NCBI GenBank assembly: GCA_038847005.1
Contig: JAWCOP010000001.1
Span: 1 to 25,625, forward strand
Origin: Candidatus Bathyarchaeia archaeon
GTDB taxonomy: Archaea > Thermoproteota > Bathyarchaeia > 40CM-2-53-6 > CALIRQ01
Length of the DNA: 25,625 nt
Reading direction: 5' to 3'
Positions 8,146-17,422 of this stretch are shown here, in pieces. Made by a program: the position numbers and the translations under genes. The notes under the pieces were generated by a model. It ran no database searches. It was not told where the DNA came from and worked only from the letters and a program-made list of their open reading frames with translations. Each line of letters starts with the position of its first letter. Position 1 is the stretch's first letter.

Positions 8146-9405
8146 ATGGTTGTGATTAATTCCATGTCGTTGGGGACGGGTATGTCGGATCTTGTATTCG
8201 TGTTGTCCGGGGCAACCGTCATAGACGGGACCGGAAAAGGTCCAGAGAAGGACCTCTGCGTTGAGGTTCGCGATGGCAGGATCTCCGGGATCTTCTCATC
8301 GGAGGATTGCCCGAAGGGACGAATGGAGATCGACCTTGGGGGAGCCTTCCTCCTCCCGGGCCTAATAGACGCCCATGTCCACTTGGACTGGGATGGGGGG
8401 AAGGATCCCTTGAGCACCATGTCGAGGGAGGGCCCCATGCAGGCGCTCCTGAGGAGCTACGCCAATTCCATGAGGGCCCTCAGGTCGGGCATAACATCCC
8501 TGAGAGATCTGGGATCCGTCGAGGATGTGGCCATAGAGCTCAGCAAGGCCATAAGGGAGGGGAAGCTCTTCGGACCGACCGTCGTGGCGAGCGGGAGGAT
8601 GCTAAACATAACGGGCGGGCACGTCCCGGCCATCGGTTACATAGCCGATGGCATAGATCAGGTAATCAGGGCCGTCAGGCATATGAAAACGGTCGGCGCC
8701 CAAGTCATAAAATGCGCCGCGACCGGGGGGGCATATGGGCCCGAGGAGATCGGGCCACCGACCTATACATTGGAGGAGTTGAGGGCGATCGCCGATGAGG
8801 CCCATAGGCTGGGCCTCCCGGTAGCGGCCCACGCTCTTAGCGCCGCCGGCGTTGATAACTGCGTTAAAGCTGGAATCGACACGATCGAGCATGGCGCCTC
8901 CCTCAGCGACTACGCGATTGATGGAATGCTCAAGAATGGGACCATATGGGTCCCAACCCTTTACGTCTATCGAAGGCTGGCGGAGGGGGAGGGAGAGGTT
9001 TCGGATTGGGTCGTTGAGAAATCCAAGACGGTCGTCAAATGGCAGACGGAGAGCTTCAGGAAGGCCTTGAAGGCGGGCATCAAGATGGCCGCTGGGACCG
9101 ACTCTTGGTCGCCCACCGTCGGCCAAGACCCGATCCTAGTGGAGGAGCTGGTCGAGAGGGTTAGGGCGGGCATCTCGCCCATGCAGGCCATTATGAGCGC
9201 CACCAAGGTAGCCGCGGAGGCCCTGAGAATAGATGGGGAGGTCGGGACGATAGAGGTCGGGAAGAGGGCGGACCTTCTGGCGGTCGATGCCGACCCGACG
9301 GCCAACGTGGCGAACCTCTCAAAGGTCAGGTTGGTCGTGAAGAGCGGGAAGGTCCTGTATGACTCGAGGGGGATCGACGTGATCTCCCCTTGGATAGGCG
9401 AATAA
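8146..9405 (+). CDS. Metal-dependent amidohydrolase (Xaa-Pro dipeptidase/prolidase-like amidohydrolase_1 family)
   Basis: PGLIDAHVHL (HxH), carboxy-Lys IKC.ATGG, AAHA, IEHG, GTDS and GTIEVGKRADL. The true start may be the ATG near 8182. Confidence 0.92.
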   Translation: MVVINSMSLGTGMSDLVFVLSGATVIDGTGKGPEKDLCVEVRDGRISGIFSSEDCPKGRMEIDLGGAFLLPGLIDAHVHLDWDGGKDPLSTMSREGPMQALLRSYANSMRALRSGITSLRDLGSVEDVAIELSKAIREGKLFGPTVVASGRMLNITGGHVPAIGYIADGIDQVIRAVRHMKTVGAQVIKCAATGGAYGPEEIGPPTYTLEELRAIADEAHRLGLPVAAHALSAAGVDNCVKAGIDTIEHGASLSDYAIDGMLKNGTIWVPTLYVYRRLAEGEGEVSDWVVEKSKTVVKWQTESFRKALKAGIKMAAGTDSWSPTVGQDPILVEELVERVRAGISPMQAIMSATKVAAEALRIDGEVGTIEVGKRADLLAVDADPTANVANLSKVRLVVKSGKVLYDSRGIDVISPWIGE

Positions 9406-9457
9406 GGGCTGAAGGGGTTTGTTAGCCGCTCAAATGTCACGGCAATCCTTCATGGAT

Positions 9458-9491
9458 CTCCTTTTTTAAGGGAGGGGCCCGGGCCCCTTTT
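9458..9491 (+). terminator. Candidate terminator after the symporter-amidohydrolase unit
   Basis: T6 tract at 9462-9467, then a perfect 16-bp palindrome AGGGGCCCGGGCCCCT (9473-9488) followed by T residues. Confidence 0.4.
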
Positions 9492-9545
9492 CGAACGAGC
9501 CCCGAATAAGTTGTATTGGATTACGGAGATCAGTTTGGTCTACCT

Positions 9546-9581
9546 AAAAGTTTATCAATTGGTATTATAGAATGAAATACC
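9546..9581 (+). promoter_or_regulatory. vapBC promoter (BRE/TATA) with a candidate inverted-repeat operator
   Basis: AAAAG-TTTATCAA (BRE/TATA-like) at 9546-9558, then GGTATT-N9-AATACC (9561-9581) just before the vapB start. Confidence 0.45.
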
Positions 9582-9588
9582 GAGAGGG

Positions 9589-9813
9589 ATGTCTGTCGTA
9601 AGCGTAAAGGTCCCCAAATGGCTCAAGGAGAAGATGAAAAAGCATGGCTCTGTTAATTGGCCCGAGGAGATCAGGAGGGCGATAATGGCCAAGATCGAGG
9701 AGATAGAGCGCATCCAAGCGGTTGAGGAGGCCATAAGGCTATTGGAGGCCGTTCCCTCGGCCCCCAGTGGAACGGCGAAAGCGCTCGTGAGGGAGGACCG
9801 TGATAGTAATTGA
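9589..9813 (+). CDS. vapB: VapB-type antitoxin (ribbon-helix-helix/CopG-like)
   Basis: 74 aa, VVSVKVP..LKEKM......NW.EEIR.AI pattern typical of archaeal RHH antitoxins. Overlaps the PIN toxin gene. Confidence 0.85.
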   Translation: MSVVSVKVPKWLKEKMKKHGSVNWPEEIRRAIMAKIEEIERIQAVEEAIRLLEAVPSAPSGTAKALVREDRDSN

Positions 9814-10255
9814 CGCCTCCGCATTGGCCAAGTTCATATTGAAGGAGGGGGGTTGGAGGGACCTCGCCGAGCATCTCAAGGCCGGGACCGTTTCCGCTGA
9901 TCACGCCATAAAGGAGGTCGCAAATGCCGTATGGAAGAGGTTCAAGCGAGGGGCGATATCGCTGAGGGAGTCCGAACTCATGCTGAATGCTTTGGAAAGG
10001 CTAGTGGGAAATTCCGTTATCATCGAGGACGAATCGGCCCATATGGGGGAGGCCATCAGGATAGCGTTTAGCCGGGATATAGCGATCTACGACGCCATCT
10101 ACATAGCCATCGCCAAGCATAAGGATCTGGCGCTATTGACCGCGGATGAGCGACAGGCCGAGGCCGCGAAGGGGGAGGGCGTGATGGTCATTCGAATCGA
10201 TCAGGAGCCCTCGGGATCCGGGGGCGCGCGAGGGGAGGGGCCCGCCGCGCCCTAG
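9800..10255 (+). CDS. vapC: VapC PIN-domain toxin
   Basis: IVIDASAL...E, KEVANA, IYDAIYIA.A and LLTADERQ acidic PIN motifs. Confidence 0.92.
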   Translation: MIVIDASALAKFILKEGGWRDLAEHLKAGTVSADHAIKEVANAVWKRFKRGAISLRESELMLNALERLVGNSVIIEDESAHMGEAIRIAFSRDIAIYDAIYIAIAKHKDLALLTADERQAEAAKGEGVMVIRIDQEPSGSGGARGEGPAAP

Positions 10256-10265
10256 GGGGAGTGGT

Positions 10266-11438
10266 ATGGAGGGAACGGGCGAACCCGATGGCCCCCGATC
10301 CTTGGCGGCGATCTCGGCATCCCACGGCCTGAACCATTTCTACTTCCTCGTTCCGCCAATGGCCCTACCGTCCATCATGTCCGAACTCGGCCTATCCCAT
10401 TACGCCGCGGGCTTGGTGGTCGGCGCCTTCGGCCTTACCTACGCGTTGCTCCAAATACCCTTCGGCCATATCGCCGAGGGATTGGGGAGGAAGCGCGTCA
10501 TCCTCATCGGCCTCTTGGCCTGCTCGGCCGGCATGGCCTTGGCCGGGCTCTCCGAGGGCTTCTGGCAACTCCTAATGGCGCATCTGCTGGCCGGGGCGGG
10601 AGGGGCGACTTATCACCCGGCGGGCATATCGCTCGTCTCGGATCTCTTCGAAAGGAAGAGGGGGGAGGCCATGGGATATCACCAAACCGGCGGGGCCATA
10701 GGGGCGTTCGCCTCCCCGCTCCTGACGGGCGCCTTGATGGCATCCCATGGATGGAGGTTCGCATTCCTTTTCCAATCGGCCTACGGCGTCCTAATGGCGC
10801 TGATCCTGCAGCTGGCCCTCGAGGAGCCAGCGGAGAAAGGTCATAAGGGGGTCCCTCGGGGCGGTGTGGGGTTCCGGGGGTTCGGCCCGGCCCTCGCCTT
10901 CGTGGCGGCCGCCACGATATACCTTTTGGGCTATAGGGGACTCACGGCCTTCGCCCCCGCGTTCTTCGTTGAAAAGCGCGGGCTCGATATAGCGGGCTCG
11001 GCCATGATGTTCTCGGCCCTGCAGGTGGCCGGGATATTCGGAGGCCCGATCTGCGGGAGGCTATCCGACGCCATCGGGAGGAGGGCGCTCCTCGCGGCCC
11101 TCATCGCGGCCCAAGCCGCGCTCCTATTTGCCATAACGGCGTCTTGGGGATGGTCCCTCCTTTTCGCGTTGATCCTCTATGGATTCGCAATATTCGGGAT
11201 CCTAGCCATACAGGACGCGTTCATAACGGAGCTCGTCCCCATGGCCATGAGGGGGGCCCTATTGGGCATATACGTGGCATCGAACTTCCTGACGTCGGCG
11301 ATCGTACCCCCCTTGGCCGGCGGGATGATAGATCTATGGGGATATGAGGCGGCCTTCCCCGCGCTATCCCTCCTGACGCTCGCCGGGATACCGATCCTGA
11401 TCTTGGGAACGCGGGGGAAGGAGGGCCCAAAGCCCTGA
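10266..11438 (+). CDS. MFS transporter
   Basis: 12 hydrophobic segments. MFS motif A (G.IAEGLGRKRVI; GRLSDAIGRR) and GGATYHPAG. Confidence 0.92.
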   Translation: MEGTGEPDGPRSLAAISASHGLNHFYFLVPPMALPSIMSELGLSHYAAGLVVGAFGLTYALLQIPFGHIAEGLGRKRVILIGLLACSAGMALAGLSEGFWQLLMAHLLAGAGGATYHPAGISLVSDLFERKRGEAMGYHQTGGAIGAFASPLLTGALMASHGWRFAFLFQSAYGVLMALILQLALEEPAEKGHKGVPRGGVGFRGFGPALAFVAAATIYLLGYRGLTAFAPAFFVEKRGLDIAGSAMMFSALQVAGIFGGPICGRLSDAIGRRALLAALIAAQAALLFAITASWGWSLLFALILYGFAIFGILAIQDAFITELVPMAMRGALLGIYVASNFLTSAIVPPLAGGMIDLWGYEAAFPALSLLTLAGIPILILGTRGKEGPKP

Positions 11439-11526
11439 TGATCCAGCGCGATCCTTGGCCAAGCCCCTCGAGGCGGATTTTCGCCCCAAAGGGCCCTCTC
11501 GGTAGAGCCCCACTTCCCGTGGGGCT

Positions 11527-11955
11527 CTACGCCGCTTCGATCCTATAGCTTCTGGTTATCTCGGCCTTCTCGGCCAGCATGGCCCTTACGGAGCAATATT
11601 TCAGCTCCGATAGCTCTATAGCCCGGGCGACCTTTTCCTCCTCCAAGCCTCTGCCCTTGACCACGTATTCCACATGGATCCGCTCATAGTAGCGGGGATG
11701 CTCCTCCCTCCGCTCCCCGGAAACGTTAACCTCGAGGCCCACCAGCTCCTGCCTCTGCTTCCTGAGTATGGAGACGACGTCTATGCCCGTGCATGCCCCG
11801 AGGCCCATTAGTATCAGCTCCATTGGGCTGACCCCAAGCATCCTGCCATCCCTTTCGGTCGCATCGATCACTATCGATTGGCCCCCCTCGTTCGTGGCCA
11901 AGAATTTAAGGTCCCTTATCCATTGAACGCTCACGGCCTTTCGGCTCAGCGCCAA
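11527..11955 (-). CDS. OsmC/YhfA family protein
   Basis: SPMEL.L.GLGACTGIDV..IL.KQRQ and KYCSV two-cysteine signature. TTG start with a GGTGA SD. Confidence 0.9.
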   Translation of the reverse strand: MALSRKAVSVQWIRDLKFLATNEGGQSIVIDATERDGRMLGVSPMELILMGLGACTGIDVVSILRKQRQELVGLEVNVSGERREEHPRYYERIHVEYVVKGRGLEEEKVARAIELSELKYCSVRAMLAEKAEITRSYRIEAA

Positions 11956-11982
11956 TCACCAACCCAAATGGGGCCCAGCAGG

Positions 11983-11997
11983 ATTTTTATTTATCCT
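11983..11997. promoter_or_regulatory. AT-rich TATA-like element between the divergent osmC and KaiC-like genes
   Basis: ATTTTTATTTATCC in an otherwise GC-rich ~70-nt divergent gap. Confidence 0.4.
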
Positions 11998-12027
11998 TCT
12001 CTCTCATCCATCCGGTGGCAGGAGCAT

Positions 12028-13431
12028 TTGAGCGAATCCACCCCCACGGGAGTCGATGGCCTCGATCGGGCCATCGGCGGGGGTTTTCCCAAGGGCTCCT
12101 TGGTAATCGTGGCCGGCAACCCGGGGACCGGGAAGACCACCTTCGGCGTCGAGTTCCTCAGCGAGGGTTGGTCGCGATGGGGCGAGAGGGGCCTCCACGT
12201 CTCCTTCTCCGAGAGCACAGCCTCCCTCACCGCGACCTTCGGGCCCGGGTTCGGGAAATGCTGCGATGAGGGCGGGGTGAGGATCCTAGACTTCATACCC
12301 CTCAGGGACGAGGGTGCCTCGGCCATAACGGAGGCGATCATAAGGGAGGCGATCTCCCATGGGGCCAAGAGGCTCGTCGTGGATTCCTTGAACGCTTTGA
12401 CTCAATCGATGGATCCGAAGGAGGTCAGGACCTTCCTTCAGGCGATCTTCGGGAGGGTTGTTAGGCAGATGGGCTGCACCACGATCATGACCTTGGAGGT
12501 GCCCTTGGGCTCTGAGGGAGTGGGCCTTGGGATCGAGGAGTTCGTTGCGGATGGCCTCATATTGCTCAGGCGCGGGGATATCGAGGGCCGCATCTTCAGG
12601 GAGCTGGAGATCATAAAGCTCAGGGGCAGGAAGATCGAAAGGCCAAAGATGGCCTTCACCTTGGAGGGGGGATTCAGGGCGATACCCCAATTCGCCGGGG
12701 ATTGGATAGGGGAGCGCGGAAAGTTCGAGCCCATGCCTGATCCAAAGGGAGGGTTCTCAACGGGGAACGAGGGCCTAGATGCCCTGCTCGGCGGGGGATT
12801 TCGGGCGGGGTCATTCGCCCTACTCGAGTTGGGTCCGGATCTTCCGCGCGGAGCCTATAACCTGATCAGGATCCCGATCTGGCTCAACTTCATCGCCAAC
12901 GGGAATCGCTTGCTGGCGGTCCCGAACACCAGCGCGAGCGCTAGGGCATACAGATCGCTCCTGATAGAGTTCATGGATGAGGGGAAGTTCGATAAGAGCG
13001 CCAAGATCGCGGAGCTGGCCCGAGAAGGGCCCTTGGAACCCTACGCCTTCAGGCTCAGCGGAAGGAGCGCGTCCGCGGATTGTAGGGCCATCTTGCGCAT
13101 CCTTAGAAGGCTGAAGGGGAGGGATGGCGGGAAATGCGTCGTCTACGTGGGGTGGGATGCGATCGATCGCTTCTACGGCCCCGAGGGCCGCAAGCTCCTC
13201 GCGCTCCTGTTCTCGGAGGTCAAATACAACGGCGATCTCCTGCTCGGCATAGTGAAGCCCGGCACCTCGTTCATCGACGACCTAAGGAGGAGCGCGGATT
13301 ATTATCTGAAGCTCGTCCTCCTCAACGGCGCCCCCTGCCTCTACGGGGTGAAGCCCCGAACGGCCATATATCACTTCGAAAGGGATCCATCGAAGAACTA
13401 CCCCAAGTGCCTGTTCACCGAGATCGTTTGA
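12028..13431 (+). CDS. KaiC/RAD55-like RecA-superfamily ATPase with a degenerate second (GvpD-like) domain
   Basis: PTGVDGLDRAIGGGFPKGS..IVAGNPGTGKTT (Walker A), RLVVDS (Walker B), EEFVADGLI. The second domain begins STGNEGLDALLGGGF but has no intact Walker A. The likely start is TTG 12028 after a GGAG SD, not the ORF-track start at 11878, which overlaps osmC. Confidence 0.85.
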   Translation: MSESTPTGVDGLDRAIGGGFPKGSLVIVAGNPGTGKTTFGVEFLSEGWSRWGERGLHVSFSESTASLTATFGPGFGKCCDEGGVRILDFIPLRDEGASAITEAIIREAISHGAKRLVVDSLNALTQSMDPKEVRTFLQAIFGRVVRQMGCTTIMTLEVPLGSEGVGLGIEEFVADGLILLRRGDIEGRIFRELEIIKLRGRKIERPKMAFTLEGGFRAIPQFAGDWIGERGKFEPMPDPKGGFSTGNEGLDALLGGGFRAGSFALLELGPDLPRGAYNLIRIPIWLNFIANGNRLLAVPNTSASARAYRSLLIEFMDEGKFDKSAKIAELAREGPLEPYAFRLSGRSASADCRAILRILRRLKGRDGGKCVVYVGWDAIDRFYGPEGRKLLALLFSEVKYNGDLLLGIVKPGTSFIDDLRRSADYYLKLVLLNGAPCLYGVKPRTAIYHFERDPSKNYPKCLFTEIV

Positions 13432-14645
13432 GGCTCAGGGCCGCGCCCGAGGGCGGGCCCGGATGCGCTCCGCAGCAGGGCGGATCCGACGCTCGGGCCG
13501 ATTATCACGGATGCCAAGGAGAAGATGACGAGGGCCGAGTAGAGAGGATCGCTTATTATGCCCATTGCCCTCCCCAGCTCGGTGCCCGCCAAGGCCAAGC
13601 TCATCCTGCTGCTATGGAGGAAGCCCATAGCCAAGCCCTCCTTGGGGCGGAGGCCCAAGAGCTTGGATGCTATCCCAACGCCCGCGACCTTGCTGAGGAT
13701 CCCTATTGCGGCCACTAGGAGCAGGGCCTCGATTCCCCAAGGAGCCCCGTATAGGCGCGAGAGCTCCATCGAGCTCCCCATCGAAACGAAGAAGAAGGGG
13801 ATGAAGAAGCCGTAGCCGAACCCCATCAACTTCCTCTCGAGCTCCCCGCCGCTCTCCGTGAACTCCGATATCAATAGGCCGGCCATATAGGCGCCGAGCG
13901 TGAAATGGACCCTCATGGATTCGGAGAGGATCGCCATGAAGGCCACTAGGGCGAAGCAGATCCTGACCTCCAATTGCAAATGGGACCTATCCCTCGCCCA
14001 TTCCACCAAGGGAAGCGCGGGCCTCAACCGCCTAACCAAGATCGGCAATGCGAACAATAGCGCGAATAGGGCCATGGTCGCGATCGCTTCCCTCCTAGCG
14101 CCCGTGGCCATCTCGAGGCCGGCGGACAATAGCATTAGGCTGGCCACTTCAACTATGACGGCCGATCCGACGAGCGCGTTCCGGAACCCGATATCGCATC
14201 GAACGGCCCTGGCGCAAATATTGACCTCGCCCAAGGAGGTCACGGAGAGGACCGCGCCCAAGAAAACCGGATCGGCGCCGAAGAGGCCCGATAGGTAGAA
14301 TCCCGCCGCGAGGGGCACCAATATCGAGGGCAACGCGATCCCGACGGCCCTCCCATAGTTGCCCTTTATATCGTAAATGTTCGCCTCCAATCCACTCAGG
14401 AAGAGCAGGTACGTCAGCCCAAAGTATGAAACGAACTCCACGGGGGTTCCGCTCACGATCCCCAAGAGCGATTTCCCCAAAACTACCCCGGCCAGCACCT
14501 CCACCACGATCGTCGGGACCCTGAGCTTCTCGGAGATAAGAGGCGCTACCAATATGGCCATGAGCACGGCGCCCAAGGATACGATCGTGGAGTCCAAGCG
14601 CAACGACGTTCCGTTCGTGCCTATTCTGACCCTATTCCCCTTCAA
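13398..14645 (-). CDS. Cation:proton antiporter (CPA2/KefB/NapA-like)
   Basis: Multiple TM segments. P.IVVEVLAGVVLG, LLFLSGLE, LGAYMAGL, GFFIPFFFVSMG and K..GV..AS motifs. Confidence 0.9.
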   Translation of the reverse strand: MKGNRVRIGTNGTSLRLDSTIVSLGAVLMAILVAPLISEKLRVPTIVVEVLAGVVLGKSLLGIVSGTPVEFVSYFGLTYLLFLSGLEANIYDIKGNYGRAVGIALPSILVPLAAGFYLSGLFGADPVFLGAVLSVTSLGEVNICARAVRCDIGFRNALVGSAVIVEVASLMLLSAGLEMATGARREAIATMALFALLFALPILVRRLRPALPLVEWARDRSHLQLEVRICFALVAFMAILSESMRVHFTLGAYMAGLLISEFTESGGELERKLMGFGYGFFIPFFFVSMGSSMELSRLYGAPWGIEALLLVAAIGILSKVAGVGIASKLLGLRPKEGLAMGFLHSSRMSLALAGTELGRAMGIISDPLYSALVIFSLASVIIGPSVGSALLRSASGPALGRGPEPQTISVNRHLG

Positions 14646-14872
14646 ATTTAAAAATGCTGGGTTTCACGCATAACCTACCCCTCCTTTGGAAATCATAAGG
14701 CATAAAAAATAGTAAAAATGTCATAAAAATCAATTATGGAGGGGCTCGCCCGATCGAGAATTAGCCAAGAGCGTATTTCACGTTTTCCCCTCCGCCACGA
14801 TGGTTTCAAGCGGAGCTTCAAGGGATACCTTTATATTCATTTTCAAATACGCTTTATCATAAGGCGTTTATA

Positions 14873-16477
14873 ATGATAAAGAGAGTGAAAATCCCCGGCC
14901 TAATTCTCATAATTACAATAGCCCTAGGGGCTGTTGGAGCGATCCTACCAGAGGCTCATGCTTGGGATCTCCTCGTTTCCCCGGGATCTAGGTCGACCGT
15001 CCCCGGGGGGACCGTGACCTTCTCAATCCAAGTCACCGGCCCCGCGACCCCTTTCACCATACAGCTTCTGGTATCCCCCCCGACCCTCGGGATCACCGTT
15101 TCCTTTTCCCATAACAATTTGCATGCGCCCTATTCGTCCGTTATGTATGTGCACGTATCCCCCACCCAATCGCCCGGCACCTACCCGGTATATCTGTGGG
15201 GCCATCCCTCGGGAATCCCATTCCCCGGCCCGGGCAACATAGCTAGGACCGTCTACGTGGTCGTCGGGGCCCCGATCCCCACGACCGATTGGGAGTTATT
15301 CAATCCCTATATAACGCCGGCTTCGCCGAAGGAGGGGGACAAGGTCTACTTCGGGGTCTGGATGCGGGCGCTGGCATCAACCGCGCCGTTCCCCCAGACG
15401 GTCCGACTCCACCTATACTTCGCCGGGACCACCGTGAGCATGTCTCTGCCTTATCCAGGCCCGGCCGGCATGTCCTATAGGTTACAATACCCGACGCCTT
15501 GGACGGCCAAGGAGGGCTCCTATGTCGTCAGCTGGGCGATCGATCCCCCACCCTATCAATACAACGACCCGAACAGGGCCAACAACATGGCCTCGTTGCC
15601 CTTCTCGGTCGGGGCCGCCCCTCCGCCATTCAACTTCGCCATCAAGGTGGCCCCGGAATCGCGGTCGGTGAAGGCGGGCAAGTCGGCGACGTTCACCGTT
15701 AGCGTAATTCTAGCCTCCGGGACGGCCCAGCCGATATCGCTGAGCTTGGAGGGATTGCCCGAAGATACTTCCCATTCCTTCAGCCCGGCATCGGGCACGC
15801 CAACCTTCACATCAACCCTGACCGTTTCGACGGAGGCATCCGCCCCGCCCGGGACTTACCAGCTCACGATAAGGGGGGAGGGGGGAGGGGTGACGCAATA
15901 CGCAACGATTGGCCTCACCATCGAGAAGGCCAAGGCGGCGAGCTCCCTATCGCTCTCGGTGAGCCCCACATCGCTCAAGCTTGGGGAATCGGTTTCGGTC
16001 GTTGGAACGCTCTCGCCCGCGATAGCGGCCACCGTGGAGCTCGTCTACCGCAGGCCCGATGGCTTCGAGCTCTTGAAGCAGGTCGCCACGTCCGCATCCG
16101 GGGCCTTCTCCGACTCCCTCAAGCCCGATATGGTCGGCGCATGGTCCGTTAGGGCTCGATGGGCCGGCGATGCGGATCGGGAAGGTTCCGAGAGCGCCCC
16201 GGCATCGTTCTCGGTGGAGGCCCCGCCCCCCAAGCCTTGGTGGGAGGCGATCCCGGGCGGCCTGACGGGCCTGATGGCGTTGATCCTAATCGCGTTGGCG
16301 ATCGTCATCGCGGCCTTAGCCCTGAGGGGGCGGGGGCAAAGGAGCGGAGCCCAGCCCGCGCCAAAGTCGGCCCCTCCCGCCGCCCCAACCGCCGTTGCGA
16401 ATCGATGTCCGAACTGCGGCGCCGAGTACCCGGAGGGCTCGGCCTTCTGCCCCAAGTGCGGGGAGAAGATCCAATAG
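14873..16477 (+). CDS. Membrane-anchored surface protein with several Ig-like/CARDB-like domains and a C-terminal zinc ribbon
   Basis: Signal peptide ending AHA. Two related beta-sandwich repeats (..G.T.TF...V...PGTY), a CARDB-like unit ending NDPNRANN, a TM helix near aa 465-487, a Pro/Ala linker, and CPNC...CPKC. Confidence 0.8.
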   Translation: MIKRVKIPGLILIITIALGAVGAILPEAHAWDLLVSPGSRSTVPGGTVTFSIQVTGPATPFTIQLLVSPPTLGITVSFSHNNLHAPYSSVMYVHVSPTQSPGTYPVYLWGHPSGIPFPGPGNIARTVYVVVGAPIPTTDWELFNPYITPASPKEGDKVYFGVWMRALASTAPFPQTVRLHLYFAGTTVSMSLPYPGPAGMSYRLQYPTPWTAKEGSYVVSWAIDPPPYQYNDPNRANNMASLPFSVGAAPPPFNFAIKVAPESRSVKAGKSATFTVSVILASGTAQPISLSLEGLPEDTSHSFSPASGTPTFTSTLTVSTEASAPPGTYQLTIRGEGGGVTQYATIGLTIEKAKAASSLSLSVSPTSLKLGESVSVVGTLSPAIAATVELVYRRPDGFELLKQVATSASGAFSDSLKPDMVGAWSVRARWAGDADREGSESAPASFSVEAPPPKPWWEAIPGGLTGLMALILIALAIVIAALALRGRGQRSGAQPAPKSAPPAAPTAVANRCPNCGAEYPEGSAFCPKCGEKIQ

Positions 16478-16569
16478 GCTTCCGAATGGATGGGCCGGCG
16501 GGGACGCGGCCCTCAAGGGGGAGCTGGGAATATTAATCCCGCAAGCCCCCCTTCGCGCTGGATGATCCC

Positions 16570-17376
16570 ATGGGCAGGATCGTGAGGGTGGCATCCGTTC
16601 AATTCTGCTCGGCGGCCAGTAAGGCGGAGAACTTGGCCAAGGCGAAGCGGTTCCTTAGGAGAGGCGCAGAATTGGGGGCCGAGCTCGTTTGCTTGCCCGA
16701 GTGGTTGCCGCAGATAGCGGAGCCGGCGAACTTCCCGAGGATCGCGGAGCCCCTCGATGGGCCCTTCGTGAGCGGCCTCAGGGAGGCCGCGAGGGAGAAC
16801 GGCATCTACGCGATCGCCGGCGTATTCGAATCATCGGGGGGCGATAGAGCCTATAACACCGCGGTCCTAATAGGTCCCGATGGATCCATATTGGAGGAGT
16901 ACAGAAAGGCCCATCTGGCCGACATTTTTGGCTATAGGGAATCGGATGGCATCGTGCCCGGCTCTTCGCCCGGCATGATCCACGAGGCCGATTTCGGGAC
17001 GCTGGGCGCGATCATATGCTACGACCTCAGGTTCCCGGAGCTCCCTAGGGCCTTGGCGTTGAGGGGGGCCGAGATCCTCTTCGTCCCAGCCGCTTGGTTC
17101 GGCGGCCCGGGCAAGGAGGCGCAGTGGGAGGTCCTTCTCAGGGCCAGGGCTATTGAGAACGGGATGTTCGCGGTGGGCTCCTGTCAAGCCGGGGAGGGTT
17201 TCGTTGGCGGGACGATGATCGTCGATCCGCAGGGAGTCGTCGTCAGCAGGGCCCCCATAGGCGAGGGAATCATATGCGCCGATTTGGATTTGGAAAAGGT
17301 TGAGGCCATTAGGGGATCGATCCCTTGGCGATCCCATAGGCGACCTGAGCTCTACTCGGCGCTCCTAGGGCGTTGA
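16570..17376 (+). CDS. Carbon-nitrogen hydrolase (nitrilase superfamily, Nit1/Nit2-like)
   Basis: Catalytic triad motifs LPE, YRKAHL and ICYDLRFPE; LLRARAIEN. Confidence 0.93.
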   Translation: MGRIVRVASVQFCSAASKAENLAKAKRFLRRGAELGAELVCLPEWLPQIAEPANFPRIAEPLDGPFVSGLREAARENGIYAIAGVFESSGGDRAYNTAVLIGPDGSILEEYRKAHLADIFGYRESDGIVPGSSPGMIHEADFGTLGAIICYDLRFPELPRALALRGAEILFVPAAWFGGPGKEAQWEVLLRARAIENGMFAVGSCQAGEGFVGGTMIVDPQGVVVSRAPIGEGIICADLDLEKVEAIRGSIPWRSHRRPELYSALLGR

Positions 17377-17422
17377 AGGTCGAGAGCGGCCTAACGCTTT
17401 AATTCCCCGATGACCCACATCG

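Noticed and set aside
11878-12027. N-terminal 50-aa extension of the KaiC-like ORF
   Set aside because: It overlaps the osmC start and the shared promoter. Similarity to KaiC starts at residue 51, where a TTG follows a good SD.
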